A DNA stretch of 64,000 bases from Marsupella aquatica (lineage: Eukaryota > Plantae > Marchantiophyta): NCBI GenBank assembly GCA_973895155.1, contig OZ316892.1, forward strand, positions 1,553,223 through 1,617,222. Direction: 5' to 3'. The position numbers and the translations under genes were made by a program. Shown piece by piece: positions 24,752 through 36,307 of the stretch (its first letter is position 1; every line of letters starts with the position of its first letter). The notes under the pieces were generated by a model, which worked only from the letters and a program-made list of their open reading frames with translations, searched no databases and was not told the DNA's origin.

Positions 24752-27700
24752 ATAGCCATATATATGCTCCACCATGTAGCTATCACCGTATATATGCTCC
24801 ACCATGCTCATAAGGTACACACGCCAAGGTGCGGGCCATTATCGGTTTATATGGTACCGGCAAGTTTGCATGTGGTACAGGTCCGGGTGATACCGGCATG
24901 TGTGCCTACTGGGCTTGGGCAAGTAAAGCATCGGGGGCTTGCTGCTGAATTGTTTGGATTCGCCCCTCGCAACCCTCGTCCGGGTACTAATTCAGTTATT
25001 GAATGTTCAGTGCCCCTGCACAAAATCAGGTAATAAACAGTGTCACCGTTCTAGTTAGTCTGCCAATTTCAATTTCTCGTGCTGTTGCAGGTCGACGTTT
25101 GGCTGGGAGTGTCGGCAAACGACTTGAGGCCTGGAACATAGGTCGGCCGCGATGTTGACTGCCTTTGTCTGGTATGCATTGAGTTACAATGTAGGAGTCT
25201 GAGCTAGAATTTAAAAAAAGACCTCTATAATCCATAGCAGACTAGATTTTAGCAACACTAACAAACGGAACAAGCCCGAGTTCGCAATCTGTTCAAATTT
25301 CAAATTGATATGGAAAAGATATGTACAAGAATTATGTTAGTTACAATGACGAACGAGGTCACAAGACTAGTCTGCCGAGCCACGATGAGCCACAAGATAA
25401 AATGTTCATCCACTTGTAAACTAGCCGAGGTCGATCACTCGAATCAGACCACCTCCCAGTCGAGCTCTCGTCAATGATCGAGAGCCATCGCAAACGAGTC
25501 CCGCATATACCAACAGCACTCAACTAATAGCCAGGATCGATGAAGAGAGGCCTCTCGATTACTCAAGAAAAGACACAGTGGAAAGCGCGGGGGAAAATTT
25601 GACGGATTAGAGAAAAGAGTGTAGCGTAATCCACTTCAATAACTTTCCCCGATTCCGGGCTCTTCCATAATTGCTGTGCACGTGAAGGATCAGTCGCTAG
25701 AAAACTGCTCTGATTCAGACTATTGCAAAAGCTAGGAACGATTCTTAGTGTCAAGTAATGAAGACGCGATGGGAATTGTCATTTGAAACCGCTGCTGGTT
25801 GCATGGAGTAGAAGTTGCCCAATCTCCATGCCTGACTATTCCGAGGAATGAAACCTGTTCTCCAGCCTTAAATCTCCTTGGAAACAAAAGCTGAATTAAG
25901 AACGGTGGAAGAAACCAAGGACAGTCCAAGAGCAATGTGCACGGCTGTTCTGCGAATAAGATCTAAAGAAGCTAGTACCCTAGACGAACCAATAACAATG
26001 TGAACCACACGTACACAGTACAGAGAAATAGACAGACAAACACACCTCCTACGACGAAAAGGGGCTGCGACTTGCGAGAATGCACTCCACTGGCGGGCCG
26101 GTCTTGCTCATCGAACCAGTGGATCTGCAGCGTTCCATTCGTTAATCCCATAATTGGATCACTCCAGTGTGCAGACTGGCCGGAATCCATGGCCAGCGCG
26201 GGTGAAAACTCAGGCCCTTCACTCGATTACTCTTCTTCGATCTCGAACTCCTTCAGCACTGTTCTTCGATCTCGAACCACGTCCAACCCGACACTACAGG
26301 GTTTGTTACACAAGACTCCTCACTCTGATCAGTCCAGCTCGATGCGTTCTCTCCAATCCCGTCCTCCCACAGAACTTTTCGTCCGTTCTCCAGCTTCCCA
26401 GATGCTCCCGTCGTCGGCAAATTATCATAGCTCAATCGAATCGGCCAGGTAAATCGATCAAAATTTCAGAAGCGAAAGAGAAGAGCTGATCTGAAACTCC
26501 TCCACTCCTCCGCTACCCGTCCTTGGCGTCGTCCTCTGAGCACAAGACTCGATTCAGGACTGTCTGCTGGGTTGCAGTGGCGCGCCTAGCTCCGGCCGAT
26601 CTGATCTAAACCTCGACCGTCTTGTTTCCATCACGGAGGATAACGGAGCATTGTTGCCATCGATCGACAAAGATCAGAGCAGACATAATTAGTAGCTCTA
26701 GCTCGCGCCATCACCCAAGAAAGCAAAAGTGTAATCCGTCGAATCAACGCCGTGGTCAGTTATTGAATGGATTTGAATGGCAGCACCCCACAGCAAAGAA
26801 CGATCAAAGATCACGGAGCATCAATGCCATGCATCGACAATATGACATGCAAAGTGAGTGACACAGAAATGAATGTAGAATCCCTGCATCAAAGCGAAGG
26901 GGGAACCACATCATATAGGACCCGAAGTGACACGTAATGAATGAAGAATCCCTGCATCAAAGCGAAGGGGAACCACATCATATAGGACCCCGAAGGCCAA
27001 ACCCGGGAAACACAGAAACACTAATTGGCACGACAAGTTTGCCAGCCGTGGAAAAGGCGCTGCTAAACAAACGGTCCAGCTTTGAACCAACCAAAAATGT
27101 CGGGAACAAAAAGGAAAGATGTAACGCTGTGACGCTGAAACATCAGAGACAGTCCCGCCTAACTGAAAACGACTACCCAGCTAAGCCAATCCATAACTAG
27201 GCCGTAGCTAGGAGCCAGCAGGTGTGAGAAACAGGAAGAATTGATTCCTGACAGACAGCAATCGGAGCAAAAAGCCACGATTAAAAGGGAACGTTGGTCC
27301 TGGACCATATTTACGTATGAATAGATCTTGAAGCTTCCAACCTGAGGTCCGTTTTAAATACCCAAAAAAAATACCCAAAAAAAAGGACTGCTACCCGGAG
27401 AGAGCGGAAACTTCGGAACTCGGCAAATAATTACTCATATCATCTGGGAGCAATTTGTTCGTAACGGAGTGTGCGGAGTGCACTTAGAAAGTTCGAGTAA
27501 TCTCGAAATAACTGAGAACTCATTCATCTACCCAAACGTGTGTCTCTATCACTAAGACGAAGCCAGAGGGTCTTGCTTAGGAGCTTCAAAACCATCTCTC
27601 AATGTTTTACGTTCATTCTTCTCGGTCCTCTGGTCTGAGCCCTCAACTTATTCGATAGTCACCTCTACTACAAATAGGGCCCTAGTACGCTATAAGCTTG

Positions 27701-28618
27701 AAACCACACTCACTTGTTGACGAGCACTTAATTCTCCTGCAAGGTGAAGAGGGCGATGGAAGGAGTCGGCAAACGAAGTTGGAGAATCGGATATCCTGGC
27801 TACATAATGTCTTTTCTATAGGTCTTTGATATTCAATCGAATTGTCCAACCTACGCAATGTACAAGTCTACCAAAGAATTTTGGGACCTGTAGCAGCATG
27901 GTAACTAAGATCCATTTCAGCACGATCCACAGACACAACTAGCCATCCACAGTTTGACCCCAATCCTCACGGCCTTTGAGAAAATGAAGTCCTACGTGAA
28001 TTTTTTGAACTACGTCATTACACTGCAAATCATCGTCATAAACTGATGTCCTCAGCGCTGAAACAATGTGACAGGTGATCGTCCACCGTAAACTTGGAAT
28101 TCAAAGGTAATGGTCCCTTTATGTTCATTATTAAACCCCGAGAGTGAAACTTTCCGAACCCCGCAGGAACACCGATCATTTCGATGGAATTTATCTTTTC
28201 GGTGAGGGCATGCAGAGGATGGAAGAAACGAGAAAGAAGCTGAGCATGTTTTCAATGGCCCAACTTGGCAGTAAAGCAAAATCACCTCCGACATCGGCAA
28301 CGTCAAAATACTACGAACACTTGCAGCGGGCTGCGAAAAGTGGCGTCACCACACCAAATCCATCTTATTCGACTAGGAGCCATGTAATTAAATCTCCTGA
28401 CATGAAAATTATCGGGCATCTCACATCTATCGATCCCGGAAAAATAGACCAGTGTGGACGATGGAGCCACAGTTAAGTAAGATCGGACTCGTGAGACCTC
28501 CCGAGAAATAAAACCCCAGAGCTCAGCGCCTCCTCACCTCCACATAGGTAAGTATGTTATTGTTTCAAGCATCCGCAAGGTTATTTACTACTACAATTCC
28601 TATACTATGATAGCTAAA

Positions 28619-29302
28619 TTACATTGATGCCTTGTTGCTGTTCACGAACCGCCCTCCTATTCCCCGTGCCCTTCTCTGAGCATGCAAGTGTCTTGACAAG
28701 TGAAGATACGGCCGGCGCTTCTTCGACCCCTTTCCTAACAATTCCATTTTTGCTCTTTGGTCTCTTCGGACCAAAATTCGAGAGTAGCGCAGGGCCGAAA
28801 CCCACAGGAACTCCGGAGGAATTTCTCCGTTGCCATAGCACAATGGGACTAGAGGCATTCGCGCCTGCAGGGCCCGGCGCATGACTACGGCAGGCGGTAC
28901 CTGCCTCGGTACCACCTGCATGTTGGGTGGCTGGGGTTCGAACTGCACCGGAGCTTGGCCCACCGGCGCATCCACCTGGATGTATTGCGGCTGGGGCCAA
29001 ATCTGCACCGGGGATTGGCCCACCGGCGCGTCCACCACCATGCATGCCGGCTGGGGAAAAAGTTGCACTGGAGCTTGGCTCGCCGGCGCGCCAACCACCA
29101 TGTCTGCCGGCGGAGGCCAAAACTGCACCGGAGCTTGGCGCACGGGTGCGTCCACCAGCATGCCTGCCGGCGGAGGCCAAAATTGCACCGGTGCGTCCAC
29201 CAGCATGCCTGCCGGCTGGGGTTGCACGACTGGGGCTAGTGCAACCCGAGCTTTCATAGTGTATTGTCGGTTTCTTTCGAATTCCGCCTGCAAAAAGTTC
29301 AT
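28619..29302 (-). CDS. Divergent intronless NF-YA-like protein with 20-aa Pro/Gln/Val repeats
   Basis: 227-aa ORF with RMPL, YSRILVRRDQRAK and RRPYLHLSRHLHAQRRARGIGGRF. About five xQAPVQFWPPPAGMxVDAPV repeats (60 bp each). Confidence 0.75.
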   Translation of the reverse strand: MNFLQAEFERNRQYTMKARVALAPVVQPQPAGMLVDAPVQFWPPPAGMLVDAPVRQAPVQFWPPPADMVVGAPASQAPVQLFPQPACMVVDAPVGQSPVQIWPQPQYIQVDAPVGQAPVQFEPQPPNMQVVPRQVPPAVVMRRALQARMPLVPLCYGNGEIPPEFLWVSALRYSRILVRRDQRAKMELLGKGSKKRRPYLHLSRHLHAQRRARGIGGRFVNSNKASM

Positions 29303-30588
29303 TATGCGAGAGGAGAAAGTGTGTAATCAGAAAGCTATGAAAGTGGACAAACTGTGTATATCAGAAAGTTATGAGCTCTGTTTAGGTCGAGCGGACAAAC
29401 TCTGTAATCAAAAAGTTATAGGGTTTAAACACTCAAAGTTTCAAAGTTGAATGATAAAGCAAATCACGATGAAACCACAACACAGTTCGACTTTGAAACT
29501 TTTGCTGTGATTCTAAACCGAGAATTAAATTTGGCAAACGCGGAGGGCGTTTTTACTTTTTTGGGAGAGGGGTGGGCACGCGGAGATAAGTGTGGAGCAA
29601 GGGACAAGCAGTCAAGGGGGAGGGAAAGTGCAAAGGCATGGGCCCTCCATGGCAGCCTGGGGCTGCGCAACACCTGTCCATTGCCGTGCGGGGCCCTAGG
29701 TGGCAGGGTGCCATGCAGCAAGTCTATGGGCGGTCTGCTCCAACATTGTCTCATACCGTAATTTTCACCATATTTGGCTGTATCTGGGTTACACTTTTGT
29801 CTTTTATTTCATTAATTTCTTTTCATCTACATTCCTTTCCTTTCTCCTCTTCTCTTTTCTCTCAAATTATTTCCCTTTCTCCCTCCCTTTACCCTTTGTA
29901 TTTTTGGGTTTTCCTCCCTCAATGGCATGTGCTAAGATGGTTGGTTGAAAGCTGGGGATGGCCTCCCCATCCCCTCTCTCCTGTCCACTCTTGTCCCCGG
30001 GTCTGTCTCAAAATTGGGGTGTCGGTGTGTGGAGGACTGATTAAAGCGGTGCGAAATCTGACTGTCTATTTTAGGAACTCAGCTCCCACTAACAGCATAG
30101 CATTTTAATGAAACCCTCTCTAAATCTTCTCAAATCTCACTAAGAAGTTCTGTTAATGCCCATTTAATGTTCATACATGAGTGCCAAAAGTTTTAAACAA
30201 ACAACTTACTTTCATACATTTAGAAAGACAAATATTGATCATAACTCCATGCAATTTTTCTAGTACACAACTCTTTCATTTATATAAGATAAAACAAAAC
30301 ATAGCACCATGCAAGTCAAAAGTTGTCAAGTACTCAACTTTTCCATTCATGAAAAAACAGATTTAAATCAATACACCCTCTAATACACCAATTGATAACA
30401 CCAAGCACCCTAAAGACACAGGCGGCAACAGTATTCCATATCATTCTGACCCTACCAGTGGGGTCAAAGTTGCACCGCTCATGTACTTAGTCACAGCCGG
30501 AGGGTTGCACGACTGAAATAGGAGGCCTACACTCTGCTTTACCCCCGCAATCTATTCTATCCTTTCACTGCAAAGGTTTTGGGGACTC

Positions 30589-30947
30589 TGTCATGCCGAG
30601 GGACAGTGCCTCTTATGCACATCGGCATGTCCCTCGCCTGCCCGCTAGGTATGTAGTTAGGGCTAGTGTACTACCTGAGTTAGCGACATGTTCTTGTAGC
30701 AAGTCTGGGCCATTGTTGAAGCAAATGTGCTTGTTAGTGTGACGCCAGGACTTTGCTTGCTTAGGGCATGTCTTTCTTTGTGGGTTTTTCAGTTCTTCTT
30801 GAATCGTTGTTGACAGAGCTCAGACAATGCTCGTCGGTTCCGTACACGGGATTCACACAGTGATTCGTTAGATGCTCCCGGCCGATCTTGGCATCCTGCC
30901 GGTTTTCGATTCGATTTCAGTACAATTGTTTCTCTTACGCCTTTTAT
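30589..30947 (+). repeat. Terminal repeat A1 (359 bp)
   Basis: Direct repeat of 39817-40175 (about 4 substitutions seen) and of 58868-59225. Confidence 0.95.
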
Positions 30948-31409
30948 TCAAGAAGAACTCGTCGAGATAGTGGTGAGGGGAAGAAGATTGCTTGTGACGA
31001 TTTTGACACTTTTTGGTGAAGCCATTGCAATTTCTTTTACGGACATCGGAGTGACAAGTTAAAAGTTATGGGTTTATTGTGGTGTTATGTGTATACTTAA
31101 GTGTATACACATAACAAGGGGCCCGGATTTTTTTCCCCGGCCGCAACCTTCTTTGTGACCTACATCGACGACTTGCTGCCGACTGCACAGGCCGCTGCGC
31201 CCTCGCTCGCGACCCTTTGGGAGTTCAGGGCCCCTTTTTCGTTAGCTTTTATGGCCATTTCCCGGCCACGGCTGCCGCGCGACTACTTCCCGACGGCATA
31301 GGGCCGCGCGCCCCTTTTCTTTTTGCCTTTCTTACTCGTCTTTTTTTTGCCTCGTCGCCTTGCTATTCCTTCGTTTTGCTTCCTACCGTGGCCGAGCATA
31401 AGCGAGAGA

Positions 31410-31850
31410 GGATGGAGGGCACGAGGCCCTATGGCGCATTAAGAGGAGGGGAGGGGAGTACACATTAAAGCAGGGGGAGTCTCCTGCAGGGCACAGAGCC
31501 CACTGTCAGCATTCAAGGGGAGGGGGAGTTGAAGCGAAAGCAGGGCACGAGGCCCTAGGCAGCTCTGAAGCATTAAAGAGGGGGGGAGTACATTCGACTC
31601 CCTCTCTCGGGAGTCCTCCTGCAGGGCACGAAGCCCTTAATTCAGCTTTAAAGAGGGGGGGGAGTACTCGCGACTCCTCTCTCGGGAGTCCTCCTGCAGG
31701 GCACGAAGCCCTTAATTCAGCTTTAAAGAGGGGGGGGAGTACTCCCAACTCCTCTCTCGGGAGTCACTCGCTGCCAGGGCACAAGGCCCAAAAGGGGGAT
31801 AGGGGGAGCTCATAGTGGGGCACGAAGCCCTATGCAGGGCCCGAGCCATT
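31410..31850 (+). repeat. Hairpin-rich tandem repeats (about 75-bp unit) in the retroelement 5' leader
   Basis: Repeated AGGGC-ACGA(A/G)-GCCCT and GACTCC-tctctc-GGGAGTC motifs with G-runs. A similar array lies at 59870-60250. Confidence 0.75.
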
Positions 31851-34800
31851 AAGTTGTCACCTCGCCTCAGCCTCGCCTCGCCCTGCAGCATAGGGTACCG
31901 TGCCTCCCGAGTGTGCGTACACCTGCTTCTTTCCGGCCTCTTTTTCTTCCAGGGAGCCCGACGATGTATCCACATTGGGTACCGACCGGTACCCTTTATG
32001 TGTATACACAGACCCCTGTCTATACACATCGGAGGCCCCTTTTGGCCATTTCCTCTTGTTTCTTTCCATTCATTTTCTTGTGAGCATATTTTCGGCAGGG
32101 CCGGTCTACACATTTCTGCCTCGCAGTGTTGTTTCCTTTGTGGGTTACATTTCATAGCCTTGGGGTTGCCACACCTTTTTCTTGTCAGTTTCTTTCCTAT
32201 TGGCACCCCGGGTGAGCATGCAGCATGTCAGCAGAGGAGCCGAGTCGTAGCAGCTCATCGCCACCGACACCCCGGTACCACTTACGGAGTGATCCACGAC
32301 CGTTGGTGCCAATTTCATTGGAGTCTCGGCAATTTCGACGACGTCCGCAGACAGCAGCAGCACCCACACCACGCAATCCTCCTGCTACATTTGGCGGTCG
32401 CTTCACCACTACTCCGAAGCCTGCTATCACTTCATTGCCATTTACCCCTTCTGCATCAGTGGTTGTTCCTGCTTCACCGACATACAGCATGGATGCCAGC
32501 CACTCATCTGGCCGCATTGAGTGCTTCAGCGGGCGGCCAGGCACTGTCTCTTTACGTGAGTTCAAATCCACTTTCTACACTGTCGTTTACGAATTGGAGT
32601 TGAAGTACGGCAGCAATTTCACAAATGCGTTTGCATTTAAGCAGCTAGCCAGGTATGTGCACCATGAGGCTTTAGATGTGTATGAGCAGCACTCTCAACG
32701 GCTGCTTGCTGTCACACAGTTGCCTAACCCTACCTATGCCAGTGCAATTGCGGCAGCTTCACAATTGGCCTTACAAAATGCCATTGCAGCCCATGCTGCT
32801 ACTCCTGCCACTTCCCCTCCTACTCCAGTTCCTACCACTGCGCCCGTTACTCCCACTGTCTTGGCACAGGCTACATCAGGCATTTCTCCCACCATTGATT
32901 CCCTTGCCTTTGCTGATCCAGTGGCTGAGTTTTTCCAGGTTCTTGAATTGGAATTCCCAATCAAGAGTGCTGACAAAATCATGCAGTTGGCCACCTTTGT
33001 GAGGCAGCGCGATGAAACCTTGAAGATGATGTATCGCCGGCTTCTCAAGCTGAAGGAGGACACCCAGAGCATCACTGACCTGGAAGCTGCTCATCGCTAT
33101 CTTCGCGCATTGGAGGGCACACCAGCTCTCCATTCGCAAGTGTTGCAGCAAGTATTCTCAGAGTTTGGAGACAACTACACCCTGCTCAATGTCTATGACA
33201 CTGCTGAGAAACTTGAGTTGGCCCATGCACATTATGAGGCCAGTATTGCGCGTCCACCGCGATCCAGGTACCAGGCTGCTGCCCCTACACTGGCCACCCC
33301 TTCCCGAGTGCCACAGTATGGTTCCAAGACCAAGCCAGCCCATGTTGCTTTCATGCTGCCATCTTGCAACTACTGTGGTAACCCCAATCACAAAGGCTAA
33401 TGAGTGTGATATTGTTGCTGAGGACCTGTCTTGTGATTTTTGCGGGAAAGTGGGTCACTTGGAGGCAGTTTGTTTTGCCAAATTCCCAGAGCGGAAGCAG
33501 CTACGACAACAGGCCCCTCATCCTACTCCTGCTTCCACTCCCCCACCAGCTAGGAGGGCTCCTACTGCATCAGTTGCTCCTCCTTCCAATGGCAAAGCAA
33601 CCAGTGCCAACAAATTGCCTAAGCAACCACAGAAGCAACCCGCTCAGAAGGAGGCTCACAACGCACAGGCAACTCAACTCCAGTCTCTGACTCATGAGGT
33701 TGAGTCCTTACGTGCCCAACTTGCCAACATCAAAGGCAAGTCCACTGCCTCTGCTGGTCCTTCTCAACCGGCTGGTCACGTGCAACCCATCCCTAGCCCA
33801 GGCACCGCTGACAGTTCAGCACCTCTACCCCGCTCTTTCTATGGCTTACCATTTGATGCTCATATGGGTGAGTGTGTGCTGTCCTCTGCTCCACAACCTG
33901 GCCTTACAGCAGAATTTTCAGATTCATTCTGCCCTTCCCTATTTTGCTTACCAGCAGGCCAGTGCTGCCTCCCGTATTGCTCCCACACGCCGCATTGTAC
34001 AGGCTGATGGTCTTGCTGCCGGTCCTCTGACTAGAGCCAGGGGCGCTCGGGCTGTCATGCCCCAATCTTTTCAGCCACTCACACTTGCTGAAGAGCGCAC
34101 CTTGTTGGCGAGGGGGGAGGGAGCTGCAGCTACATCCATTCCACCACCAGGTGCTGCTGACATTTCACAGGGAGTTGTTTCTCCTGAGCTGCTTGAGCAT
34201 TTCACCTCCGGTATGGCACAAAGGATTCTTATATCTCCACTTTTCAGTTGCCATGATTTACAGCTGGATGCTAGAGCTGTCATCAGAGCGCTAGAGGGCT
34301 CACTACATTCTTCATCAGCCCCTGTGACACCGGTTTTGGAGGTCCAATCTCATGTACATACTGGACCTTTTTCTTCTCCTTTACATGTTCCCACTGGTTT
34401 GGCTACCCCAATACCGATTGCTGCTGATTGTGTGACCAGAGCTACACTTGATTCTGGTCATGCTGCTCCATCTTTCCTGGCTATGTTGTTGAGTGGAAAG
34501 ACCGTGGACACTAACTCCCTTCACAAGGTACCTCATCATTTGCCAAGAGTGGTGCCTAGTGACAGGACTTCAGTTTCCACCACCATTGCCATTGTTGACA
34601 ACAGGAATTCAGTGGTCAAGTTGGAGGGTCACACTCCTCAGGTGGTCATGCTAGACACAGGTGCTCAACCAGTGATATTGGGCATTCAATTTGCCAAGAA
34701 GATGGGACTGTTGACTGATCATTTACAGCAATCCAAGTGGCACATTCGGACTGCTAGTGGCACTGTGGAGGATGTGCTGGGTGAGAGTTCTACTTTACTC

Positions 34801-35316
34801 ACTCTCACTTTTAATGGAGGTACAGACCAGGAACTGCATTTCCCAGTCAGATGTTTGGTTACCAATGTCACTACGTATGATGTGCTCATTGGCCAGGAGG
34901 CTTTGTTCCCACCAGGTTTTACCATTGACAACTGGCATGAGCATGCATACTACAGAGTTGATTGGCATACTGATGGCTCACACTTGGGCTACATTCCACT
35001 TGATTTGCATGGTGCCCATACACCTATGGCTCACCACTGTGTGTTGAAAGCAGTGCACACAGCTACCTATGTCAACCACCCATTGCAAGATTGGATTGAG
35101 GAGGATGACGATGAGGTGGCTGCTGTACATGCTGCTGCACGTATAGCAGCACTTTCCAGCAACGTGGATCATCAACCAGAGGTGGTACAACGGCTCCAAG
35201 CAGCCCATGGACCTTTGGTGGCTACATTGCGCAAGTTTGAAGACCTTGGGCAGCACAATGGACAGCCAATAGCCCCAATCTTGAGCGCACCAGTTAAATG
35301 GACTCCTCCTTCAGAT

Positions 35317-36307
35317 GGCCTTACATTGCTTGAGCTTTTTGGTGACATTTCTACAGGCCTGGAAGCTCTCCTACAGTCTGGCATGGTGGTGAAGCAGTAC
35401 ATCTACGTGGACATTGATCCAAGTGCAAGGCAAGTGGCTGAATCCCGTCTGCTGGAATTTTCCGAGCGATTTCCCCAGCAGTTTCCACATAGTGCATGGA
35501 AGTCTGCATTTTCTTTCTTCCCTCCAGACATCCAGCTTGTCCAGCATCGGCACTTAACCCTTCTTGGCTCCCTTGATTTGATCATAGCTGGTTGGGAATG
35601 CCAACGGTTTTCAGCTGCTGGTCACGGTGCTGGACTGCATGATTCTCGTTCTGGCCTTTTCACAGCATTGGTTCAGATTCTCACCTGGGCTCAATTCCTT
35701 TATCCTGCTGTTGGTTATATCATTGAGAATACTCCATCTCAGTTTGACCAGCGTCCACAGGTCAAAGAGGATTTCAGTGTGGTCCACCACTACTTGGGAC
35801 CACCCCTTCTCATTGATGTAGTGCATTGTGGTTCTTATGCACATCATCTTCGTAACTTTTGGACTAACCTTGCACCACCTTCCTACTTTAGCTCTTCACC
35901 ACACATCCAGGGACACTAACCTCATAGTGGACCAGATTTTGGATCCTGACAGTTCTTGCCAACCGGTTACACGGCAAGAGCCAGCACCTTGGTATCCACT
36001 CGGGTATCCAGCTAATACCATTGGACAGCCCCGTGCTGCTTGGCCTACTTTTGTGTCCTTTCCATGTGCACATGCTTTTCAAGGTGATGGTCCTGGCCTG
36101 GTTTATCGACATTCTACCGGTACATGGGATGAACCTAGTCCTGAGGAGAGAGAACGGGCTATGGGCTTCCAACCCGGTACTACAGGTCACACCAAAATCA
36201 CCAGACTGGCCAGGATTGCTTTACTTGGCAAGGTAATGGATCTTAATGCTCTCACTTGGCTTCTGGTCACTTGCATCCTTTTTCAGATGTACATTCATCC
36301 AGCATAA
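35317..36307 (+). other. C5-cytosine DNA methyltransferase domain inside the polyprotein
   Basis: Motif I LELFG(D/G)ISTG, II YVDID, IV DLIIAGWECQRFSAAG (Cys retained) followed by GLHDSRSGLF, VI IIENT, VIII AHHLRNFWTN, IX EPSPEERERAMGF, X RIALLGKVMD. Confidence 0.88.

Noticed and set aside
31600-31740. Superficial resemblance of AGGGCACGAAGCCCTTAATTCAG to a twister ribozyme P4 region
   Set aside because: I could not place the P1/P2 helices or pseudoknots. Kept only as an unassigned structured repeat.
31712-32603. Overlapping or antisense ORFs around the Gypsy gag start, and others within TE coding regions
   Set aside because: Shadow frames of the real polyprotein or GC-rich leader; their leader-derived parts are not conserved in the second copy.
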